Assembly (NCBI GenBank): GCA_977016875.1
Contig: CDRNST010000054.1
Coordinates: forward strand, 1,550,001-1,614,000
From: Pavona decussata
Lineage: Eukaryota
Length of the DNA: 64,000 nt
Direction: 5' to 3'
A program made the position numbers and the translations under genes. Shown here piece by piece: positions 12,701-24,432 of the stretch (position 1 is its first letter; each line of letters opens with the position of its first letter). The notes below the pieces were generated by a model. That model ran no database searches. It saw nothing but the letters and a program-made list of their open reading frames with translations, and was not told the origin of the DNA.

Positions 12701-15700
12701 TTGGCTAATGATGACCTCTTTGCACCAAGAAATGGATCACGCCAGGCTGCAAGACAGGTATGTTAACCCTTCAATCCCTAAGAGTGCCAATTGGCCCATA
12801 ATGCCATAACTCTGTCAATATTTGACAGATTTCTATGAATTTTTGACACTAAGATGGTCTTCTGAAGATCTTCTCATTAAAAGGATGAAAACTTAACCCC
12901 CTCCCATATGTGATATGGTTGACCACCCCCTTACCTTTTCAACTTTTTCCCCCAGAGGTTGTGGGTCTTAAGACATCTCTCACATTATTGAACATGTTGA
13001 GAACTGCAAAATAAGCTATAGTTTAGGGGTATACCTAATGTAATATACACAAGCATTGGGACATTTTTGAGCTTTTAAATTGTTCCGTTTTAAAACTTTC
13101 TATCTCAAAGCCATAACTTTTCTCATTCACAATTGTATCAGTTATGAAATACACTCATGAGTAGCGTTAAAATAGTATATCATGCATGGACATTGAGTTT
13201 GTAGTCCTGGATCCGGAGAAAATGACGTTTTGCTTTAGGGGTTAAAGGGTTAACAGATTACTAGTTTTGAGTTGTTTTGTGACATGCCAGTGTGCACACA
13301 TGTAAACACAAGTGGCATAAAGTGATTAGTTGTAATTGCTGCTGCTTCGGAATTCCTTGTTATTTGGTTGTTGTTATAATTGTTTCAATAAACAAACGTT
13401 CAGAGGAGCAGTCTAGGCTGACAAGAATTACATGTAATAACAGCTGTTTTGCTGTTTTGGTATCTGAAAATCTTGAGCACAGCTTGGAGTCTTGTTTTAA
13501 GTCTGCGTGCGGAGATGTGTTTCATGTGGATTTTAGGAAATAATGTATTCCCATTTCTTTGTCCACCTTTGTACACCAGTGGTCACTTTTGATTGATGTC
13601 ACATGCTCTGTTTTCAAAAGGCTTGTGTTTATTACAAAGTTAAATTTTCTCTGCAGATAGGAATGATTTACGATTTCTTCCCTCTGTTGTCTGCCTGATT
13701 TCATGACCACGTTGTTGTGTTTTTTCCAGATCGTTATTCTATTTATCAGTGGACAATGGCCTGACAGCAAGTGGAGTTACCCTCTGATGCAGCTGAAGGA
13801 CAAAGGTGTGTCAGTGTTTGTTTTAACAACAGATCCCTCAGCTGATACTCCAGAGGCATTGAGAGCTGCAAGTGGAGAAAGATATGTGTTTAGGACGAAC
13901 CCTTACAGTGATGTTGAGGAGGCCCAGCCAAAAATCATCCATGCAGCAACAAAAGGTGTGTATTGAAACCTCATTTCATAATTTGCTTCTTACTGGATCT
14001 TTCTTTCATCCTTTATTAAATGGCCAATCAGCCATTCCCCAAGGGTGACCGCTTAATGCATGTTTGACTGTAACTTTGTGAAATTGGCATATTAAATATA
14101 TATTAAAACTCTGGAAAAAGAAATCCTGAGTCCCCCAATGGGAATGAAATGCATAACCTTCCAGATTACCATTTGAAATGTTCTACTACTGAACCTTGAG
14201 AGCCCTGTGTGGTGACTGAGGTCACATGGGTTCCCCATAGCTTAGTGGTACAACATTCCAACTTGTAATCTGGAGGGTCATGGGCTTGATTCTCGTTGGG
14301 GACTTGAAGTTTCCATTTTCCTTGTAAGATATTTAGAACTGTTGAGAATAATTATTGGAACCAAATTCCTGTTAGCACAGTACAAACGGGCATAAGAAAC
14401 AACACCACAAAAACGTTTTCTGATTTGAATTGTCACACTTAAACTTATGTCAAGATTTAATCCAGATTATGTGTTCCTAGAAAGGAAAATATTTGATTTT
14501 TTCACTTATTAGTGAAAATGTTTTGATCTTCAGAAATCTTCATTTTGTTTTGTTATTAGAATCTAAAGTGACATTGTGTCAAAGGTTCAACAATGATGAT
14601 GATCAATTTGTTGTACCACAACGGCCTGGATCAAAGTGCAAGTCAGATGGAGCTTATGAAGAGCTCCAGTGTGATGCCAACTCAAAGGAATGCTGGTGTG
14701 TTGACCAGAATGGTTATGAAATTACCGGAACTCGAACAACTGGGCCTATAAAGTGTCCTGCAATAGGTGAGTTACTGAGAAATTAAACTGAGCTTGGATT
14801 GTCAGAGTTAAATAACTGCAAAGAAAAAATTCGACATGCCTGAAACCAGTGTCAAAACCACACCCTTCTGCACACTAGTCAGGTGTTCTAACCATTGAAC
14901 TTTAGGGAGGCGGAAATGTTGATGTCTGGCATATAGACTGCTTATTGCTAGGACTGGTACTTACAAAAGTGTCTATATGGTGATATGGAGAGACCATAAA
15001 TGCTATTGACATACAGTACACTGCATCCAGTTTGTTGGAAGTATGTAATTACAAGTAGAAGTCACCAAATAATGCAGCATACATTTTGGATATATTGTTA
15101 ATTTGGACAGCAAGTTTTCTTTACTGAAGGTGATGTTTGATCTTGGGATAGCTTTTTGGTGGTGAAATTATTGTGTCACATTTGACTTTTATTTTCAAAA
15201 AATGCCGTAAAAATTTCACATGATAGTTGAGGTTGTTTACTTTCATTTTGTGGTGTTTCAAATGCAGGTCATGGTGAGTTGCATACAATTGACATGTAAG
15301 TAGTAATGTAACGGTAATGTATCTTTGCATAATTAGGGAGAGACTCTACACCTTGCCAGAAGGAATATTCAGAGAAGTCAAGAAACTGGTTGTTAAAAGG
15401 AAGGGACTTGCCTCGCTGTAATCCAGATGGCAGTTATGCTCCAAAGCAGTGTCACAAGACGTACTGTTTCTGTGTTAACAAAGATGGGGTTGAAATATAT
15501 GGTACCAGGAAGATTATTTCAGATGGTGATGTTATGTGTGGCCCTGATCCAGGTAAATTTTTGGAACTTTAAAAAGCACACAGTAGTTCACACAAAAGAT
15601 TCAGTCTGGCGAAAGGCTAACAGTTGAAACGTCAGCGCTTGAATCTCTTTACATTGGCTAAATTTAACCTTATAAACTCTGTTGATAAAACCAAACATTT

Positions 15701-18700
15701 GTATCACTTGTTATATTTATTTGCCAGGCTCACCTTACTCTCTCCTTAAACTGCGAATAATATGCTTTTCCCTTATAGGTCTTTCAGACAATCATGGACA
15801 AAAGTCTTGGCAAAAACTTGATTTTCTGTAATTGCTATACTTATGCTATGAGGCAGTCATGGCCAAAAGTCTTGGAACATGCTGGATTAATTGCTGTTGT
15901 TGATATACGTATTTAATGCTAAGAGAACACCTTCCCTACTCCTTCAATGGTAGGACCATATAGAATACTCCTTACATGTCAACATTGATTTGGTGGTGGG
16001 GGGGGGGGGGGGGGGAATTACAGAATTTAGATTTTTGAGCAGAAGTATATCTGTTGCAGGTTTAGGTCAGGCACATTCTTGATCTACGCAACATGTTCAG
16101 GTTGTATCTCATATACAGAGACAGACAGATTGATGACAGATCGAGGAAATGTATCAAACTAGAAACGAAGCATAGCCGACATTAACAAATGATAAACTCT
16201 AACTATGCCATCATTGCCAGCTGCTTATAATACATATTAAGCCTTTTTTTAATAACTGGATAAGGTGGTTCCTCTGGCCTGCTATAGTTATTTATTTTTC
16301 TCTGCTTATTTTAGTCTTTGCATTTTTTTTTTAGCACTTACCACCTGTGAGAGTCAACGAGTTGATTATGCAGCCAATCCACTCCCAGGAGCTTTCATAC
16401 CACGTTGTAAGGCAAATGGAAACTTTGAAGCAGAACAATGCCATGGCTCTGTTTGCTACTGTGTTAACAGGAATGGCATACGCATTCCCGGCACTGAAGC
16501 TAACATTGGTCAGGGAAGGCCTAATTGCAAAGATCCGGGTGAGCATGGTTTTTTTGTTAAAATGGTAAATTTTAATCTTTATCATAATTCAGTTTGCTTA
16601 TATATCGGCAGAAATCAGCCCCAATGGCATTGTGTTACTTCTTTTGCAGATGAAACTCTGACAGATTGTGAGAGGCAAGTCCAAAACAGTCTGATTGATG
16701 GTAGTCAATTTGTTCCAAGATGCAAACGAGATGGAGCTTACGAAGATGTACAGTGTGATGCATCAAGCGCTGAATGTTGGTGTGTTGACAAAGATGGCAA
16801 AGAACTACTGCAAACAAGGTCTAAGGACCTAGTGAAATGCCCTGATCAAAGTAAGCGTTAATCAAATCACCTCTTTCTCATTGCATTTATGTTTGATGTT
16901 TTCAGTGGATTCAGGTGCATTTGGAGATTCTCTCTGAATCACGTATAATTATAACTTTTTTGTCTCAATTTTTACTAATTCTTTACCATTTAAGAGAAGA
17001 AGCAGAAAAAGTGTAAGAGTGAATGTCATTGTCCAAAGAGACCACTGTGCTAGACATGCAACAACATTAAAAAAAAAAATTTCACAGCAGAGAAACAACC
17101 AGGACCCAGTCAACCGGCAGGAAAGGGTTAAATGTAGACTTTTCGTCTGGGAAAAGGATGCTGCAACAATTAATACTAGTGCTGCTGATTGCCGGACAAT
17201 ATGGACCACCCACTGATTTTTGTCCACATGATTAATTCCAATTGACTTATTTAACATTTTTTATCACAATTTGCAGAAGACCCTGTGACGTCTTGCCAGC
17301 AACAGTACCAGGAAAGTTGGCGAAATCCTGTCAAAGGCCGTGCTGTGCCATTATGTATGCCAGATGGGAGTTACAGCAAGCTGCAGTGCTACCTCAGTAC
17401 TTGTTATTGTGTGGATGAAAATGGAAACCAGATAAGAGGCACCAGTGTCAATGCCTTGCGGGATGGACTACCAAACTGTGATGACGACCCTGGTCAGTTT
17501 GCTATCTTTATGCTGGTCATGTCCTGCGACATTTAATGCGTTTTTTTTAAATTAAGTTCTTTATCACCTTTGCTTCTTTTATGTGATTGCATTTTGAATT
17601 AATTTGGGCTGTTTTTCGAATTCCTTAATGGCATATTCAACATGTAACGTGTTCAGAAATCGACATAATTCACACTCTTTGACAGCATCATATCGGTCTA
17701 GGTACTATGCTCTCTCCAAGGTGCCTCGTCATAGCCTAAACGCTCTTAAAGCTTTTTTTTGTGGGGGGGGGGGGGGGGTGAGAGGGGGAATGAGATACTG
17801 TTTCATACTGTTTCATCAGATACATTTGTTGAAGCCTGGGAAACATGGGACATTTGTATTATATTTTGTCAATGTGGCTGACAAGCATTCACTGTCTAAC
17901 AGTAGAAGTTTGTAATGTTTTGCAGGAAAGCCCCAATCTGACTGTCAGAGGAGACAAGCTCAGGCACAGCTGTCCTCGTCTCTAACTCCCCAGATCATGT
18001 GTAAACCCAATGGTTCTTTCAGTGATGTACAATGTGACAAGTCATCAAATGAATGTTGGTGTGTGGACCAAAATGGTTATGAGATTCTTGGAACAAGAAC
18101 TCTCAGACTTCTCAAGTGCCTTTCAACTGGTAATAGAATCATGTGTTCTTTGGTAATTTGTTTTAGAATAGTCAAAACAGTGCAAAAAATGCAACTTCCA
18201 AATGAAGCATTCAAGATGTGATTAATAATTGGATCCCCCCATAATGTAAATTGTTATGTTGAAGTTGTTTTTATAGTGCACATATTGCATTATGCCTCGC
18301 AGTACTTTACAAGACAATTATGGAAATGAGATTGGACTTATTTAGTGCATTGTTGATCTCATGATGTCCGGGATGCAACCCAAAAATTGGGTAAAGCATG
18401 GCTTTTCTTGTATTTATATTCTCTGGAACAACTTAGAACAGCCAATTTCCCAGGCCTCTTAAAACTAGGTATCAATGAACAGCCTTCTCCGTTGAAACTC
18501 ACACGTTGTAAATATTATGTAAACCAGTTGAAAGAGTCTTATTCTCTCTTGCAAATACAGATAGTTACGGTGTATAAATAAAGTATTGTTGTTGCATTCC
18601 CTCAAGTGAGCAAGTTTCACTTTGTTTTGTTGTTATCCAGCACCAGTCTCGCCATGCGAGGATCATGTTAAGAGGTCATTTGGAGGAAAGTTGGCGCTTT

Positions 18701-21700
18701 GGTACCATGTTCCTTATTGTAATTCAGATGGAAGCTACCAAGATGTTCAGTGCAATGCTCACACTGGTAACTGCTGGTGTGTGAGCAATAATGGACTCGA
18801 GTTCACTGAAACACAAAGCAAGAAAATGCCAAACTGTGTTACACCAAGTGAGTCACTGTTTTCTTTCCTATAATGTTCCCTGTTAGTAAAAAATAATGAT
18901 TTTGTTGTTAACCTGTTTCCTATTATTACTGCAAGGTGCAGAGAATGTGGAAATACAGAAGGTGCACAGTTACTTGTGTCTTGAAAAGTTTCTTGAATTT
19001 TGGTATTGTTGTTCGTATTATTCACAGTCCCACAGAACAAAGTACCCAATTTTTCAGAAACAGTACTGAAGAAAATTATTGTGAATGTTACGTAGTACAT
19101 CAGGTCACTTTTGTTGATACTTCCATCCTAGTTTTTGCTTTCCTTGGGGTGAACATTTTATCCCCAGCCAGAAGATAACTCGGTACTGCTACCCTCCCCC
19201 TATTGGGGAGGGGGTGAGTAACCCTGTTATAGACTAGCTAGTATTGACATGTGTCAGTTGTAGTACCCCATCACTCCACCAACTTAAACATTGTTTACTG
19301 GTTTCAAGAAAGAACTATTCTCTGACATTCATTGTTATGTTTGCATTTTGGGATTTTGTGGACAGGCGCTAGGTTTGAATACAAGACAAGATCTAATAGT
19401 ATTTTAATTTGCAACAATCTTTATAGTGTGGTACACTCCATGCCAGCAACATAGACAGCAGGTTCTTGGTCCTACGGGCAGTGCTCCATTAGGTGCCTAT
19501 GTTCCTCAGTGCAAATCAGATGGAAGCTATGAGAAGACACAATGCCAAAGCAGTGGGCCGGTCTGTTGGTGTGTTGATGCAAATGGCAAGGAAATACCTA
19601 ATACCAGGCGGAATGGGGATCCAAACTGTGCCAAGCCAGGTAGAAACTTGGTTTTGTGAATTCTACTTTGTTCACTTCGTTTATTGTTTTTGAAGCACCC
19701 TCTGCTCTGTCAGCTAGTTTCTTTGAGGGAGCTTTGAATCCCAGATTAATTGGGATGAGAACTTGTTGTGAGAATTGTTATCCCGGTTTTCTGGGTTTTG
19801 TTTCCCTCACAAAAGGTAACAATTTAAAATTACACTTTTATGTGGATATAGAGAACCAAAACAAAAAGCAGCCATGCATGAGGTGATGACTTTGGCTTCC
19901 TCTTTAATTATGACAAATCAGAGTCCTTTTGGAAGAGGCAATGCTCTGAAACTCTATATACCCTTTTTTGCGTTAATTTCAACTTGTCACTAATAGTAAG
20001 CAGTCACCAGGCCACTTCTCAATGCATTTTCATGTGACTGCCACCGAAACACTTATTTACTGTACACTTACACTTCTTTATATATACTATTTTGTTTTTT
20101 TTGTTTTCTCAGATAATATCACCAGTGTGCCAGTGAAACTTGGCTTCCTTTTTGATGGCTCTGAACAGATTAGTCACCCAGATTTTCTTGCACAAATTGA
20201 CATAGCAAAACAGGTTGTTGACACCTTTAATGTCAGTGATAGCCTCGCACGTGTTGGTGCTGCAGTCTACAGTGATAACCCAAGAGTGCTGTTTAACTTT
20301 ACTGATCCTCTGTATGGTCCTTACAATACTGCACAGGCAGTTAAAGAACTCCTTGACAAGACGCCACATGACCAAGGTGCAGCTAGGCTCAGTTATGGTT
20401 TACAAACTGTAGCTTCAGATTTGTTTAACCTCACAGAAGGAAGCACTGGTGCTCCACAGGTTAGTTTGCCCTGTAATTCCCAAATTCCCAAACTGTGTTT
20501 GCCAAATAATTCTTTGTTATGATGTTAGTGTATTATTACTGGGCTCTCAATAACATGCGAACCGTGACCTTTAAAACCCAACTAATGATGCATATTTTTA
20601 CTGCTAGCAATCATAATTATGGAGACAACTGGCCGACCACAAAAATACAGGAACTAACAAATTTGATCAAAGTGCGCCAATCACAGTGTTTGAATGTGGC
20701 CTTTTCAACGCTCTGAGCCGGACATTTTAGTTTCTAAGAGGTCTGCTGAGCTGATTGATTTTTTTTTTTTTTTTTTTTTAATGCAAATCTTTATTGGAAA
20801 TAACAAGATTACAATTTGTAGTTTTACATTTCGGAAATACACACAGATACACAACACTGGACACATGCACAAAAAACGTACACACAAACACAAGTTGTAA
20901 CAGGCATGTTAAATATAGACTAAGTAGACTAAGTAAATAATGAATACTAAAGAGGTTGAATTATGAAAGGCCTTCAATGCGAAGTTTGAAGGCAATACGT
21001 TGCTTCGATATTTTCAAGTCCTTGCAGCAATTCCGAAACATCTGCGAGAAAAGGCAAGTCAGACCTCGCTTAACAAACGCAAATTCGAAAAGGACAACTT
21101 TATATTCTCTCTGTCGCCAACTGTTTCAATAAACTTACTCGAGGTGAAAAGCAAAGATTTCTATTGGCTTATTACAAAAAAATTTGTAACTAAGGCTACT
21201 GGTTCAAGGAAATGGGGACACGAAATTCAGTCGATGAATTTGAGTTGGCCTTGCTATTTTAGTAAATTGAAGCTAATCTGTAAGGAACCTAAACTTAGAG
21301 AATTCTATTATAAATTTTTACATAGAATTATTGTTACAAAGAAGGAATTGTATTACTTTGGTATTGAAAATAACAAAGACTGTCTATACTGTAATGAAGG
21401 TGACTCGATGGGTCACACTTTCATCGACTGCCACTTTTCCAAGTCCTTTATCAGTAACGTTATGGAATGGTTCAACAGGGAACATGCCACCTCCCTTTCA
21501 CCCTGCACCGAAGAATTTCTATTTGGTAAATTTGGTAATGATCAGTTGTCGTCTTCAGATATGTCGCTTAAAAAATTTAATTATTGCTTGTTATTTGCAA
21601 AATATTATCTTTACTGTCAAAAACTGAACAAAAAACAAATCAACTTTGATGAGTTTAAGCAACGTATTGCTGAGCTGATTGATGGCAGTGGAAAACGTGA

Positions 21701-24400
21701 TGGTTGGTAAATCTTGACTTTCAGAGTCTGCATGTTATTGAAAGGCGCAGTAAGCAAACAGACACCGAGTATGAATTTCCGCTATGGAGTTTGTTTTCTC
21801 AAGCGGTGTCCAGGTACAAATTACTAGCAGCCAGCTAGCCCCTAGAAAGAGCACTACTTTCACTTGATCTTGCCAGTCCCTGCATCCGAACCATGAACCC
21901 CATGCAGGACAAAACATTACACGTAACTGAGTGAAAAGTGAAAGAAAAAGAAAGGCCGGCATGAGACCAAAAAGGTCATGACAGAGAAAGATCATAAGCT
22001 CTAGGTATATTTCAGTTAATATTGGCACAACCTTTTCCCATCTGACTGCTGGAATACCACCCATTGTTGTTAATGTAAACTTGCTGTCAATGTTGCAGTA
22101 CTTACATGTAGATGTTTATGAGGGTACTTTTAAGTGTTAAAAAAATACAACAACAGCAACAGTCAAGGAGTCACACGAAAGGTTTGGATAGTTGCGAGTA
22201 TGGTTAAGAGCCATTAAAACGCTTTTTCAAATAAATTAATATGAGGACATATTGCACGAGCCTAGCAAAGTTTTCAGTTAAAGTTGTTACAGCTATCTAT
22301 TGTTAGACCAAGATGGCCCAAAAGAATGAGAAAGGTGAACTGAAATCGATAAATTAGGGATGAAGAGCACCCATATGAGAAAGTTGCTGTCAAGGTGTAG
22401 AAATTTAACGTTAATTCCGATTCAGCATTAGCTTGTGGACTGTGATCACGCAAGTGAGAAAAACAGCTACCGTAGAATTCCGAAAGTAACATTAATTTTT
22501 TATCTTTCTATTGAGCTCCGAAAGTAACAGCTCCGCCGAATGTAACGGCCACCCGAAAGTAATAGTCCCTCGAAAATGTGATAACTCAACAACAATAAAA
22601 AACTGGATTGTCTTTGATGTAACGTTTCAAGTGGTACTTTTGGATTCCATAAGACCATCCTCCAAATAAATTGTATCTGTTTCATTCGACTTAAAATGTG
22701 ATTAAAGTATTTAATGTAACATAAGTAACTCGGAACACGAAAAATGTCTCCTCTTTCTTACTCGAAAATCACCGATAGGCTTGTGCCATCAGTTGTAATA
22801 ACATTAAATTTGTATCAGCATTTTATTAGATGACGTAGAACAGCCTTCCAGACTTAAATAAGTCACTGAAACAGAAACTCTATGGCCTCAAGGGTAATGC
22901 GGATGGAAAAGCATGAGTGTAGGACTAAACAACATGCAGAATCATTTGTGATTGTATTTCAAACTTAACTGAATCCTACTGGAAACTATCATTCAGAAAA
23001 ACATTGCATGTTTCGGCTTAGTCAAATGATACAGCAGTTAGTTACGGTACAATATAAACATTATTTTCACTAAACAATACAATCATTTGGGGCCTTTTTT
23101 GTTACTCTTTGCTTTGCTCATGGGGGAGTTAATAACATGCAGAAACAGAGTGACCCTTTAATAAATAAACGTTTTTAACCATCCGAAAGTAATGGTTACC
23201 CACCCAAAAGAAACGGCCACCTGAAAGTAGCAGCTCCTTGGTCCTGCAAAATGTGAAAGTAACGGGGCTGTTACTTTCGCAATTCTACGGCACTTGCCAA
23301 ACTTGCAAAAACTCAAAACTAAAAACAACAACTGAATCCACGTTTTATCTGATGGTGTGGGACTTTTCCATGTCATAACATTTACCAAGTGCTGACTTGC
23401 TTGTATCCTTCTTTTCTTTAGGTACTTGTGGTCTTTGTTGGTAGCATTGCAACAAAGGACAATGAATCTGTTCCTCTCCCTGCTTCTGTAGATGAACTTA
23501 TCAGCGGAGGTGTGAAGATTATCCCAGTTGGTATGGGAAACAGCTATGACCCAGCAGAACTGATGGCCATAGCTAGTGATCCCAGGACAGTTTTTCCTCA
23601 GGATGCCGTGGATCAACTGAAGAGTGCAGTGAAAAATGCAGCCCTTCTTCCCACTGATGGAGGATTCCCTGGTAAAGTGATTTTTTTTTCTTCAAGGTCT
23701 AATGTCACATATAATTTGAAGTAACAAATGTTTAAAATTTGCCTCTGTGTTTCCTTATTTATGAACTGCCTCTAGACCACAAAGAGAGCACTGTTGATTG
23801 AACTTTTAGATGGACAGTGAGCTGCAATGTCTTAATTTCATTAAAGAAATAACAGGGGCTAACTTTTTCAAGTTAGATCCTATATCCATCCTGGCCATTA
23901 ATTTATATTTTCTGTGAATTAACAACTGCGTTGCTAAGTGGAGGTTGGGTGCCTGTGATACATAGGAGCTTCCACTTTTGGCAGCCTGCTCCTAGATGGA
24001 GACCGCTCCCATGGCTGCGAAATCCTGGCAACCCAGCCATGAGCCCACATGCGGCAGGGAAGAAAGCAGGCACCCGTCACACTGAGAACATCAGTGAAAA
24101 AGGGGAAGGGAAGGGGGAGGGAAGAAACCACTTATAAACTGAGTCACAATGTTAGTGAAACGCCCACGCTGAATAAAGCACGCTAAAAAGTACTAAATGC
24201 ACTAGACCACGCTAAGATGCATACTGGTCCCAGAGCATGACGGGTCTTGGTAGATGCGCATCTCGCAAACGTGCTGGCCAACGGGATGGAACAGGCCCTC
24301 CTTGTTCTTAACTCCATTTAATTGCATTTAACTGCATTTAACAACTGCGTTGCTAAGTTGAGGTTGGGTGCCTGTGATACCTAGCAGCTTCCACTATTGG

Positions 24401-24432
<32 letters not shown>

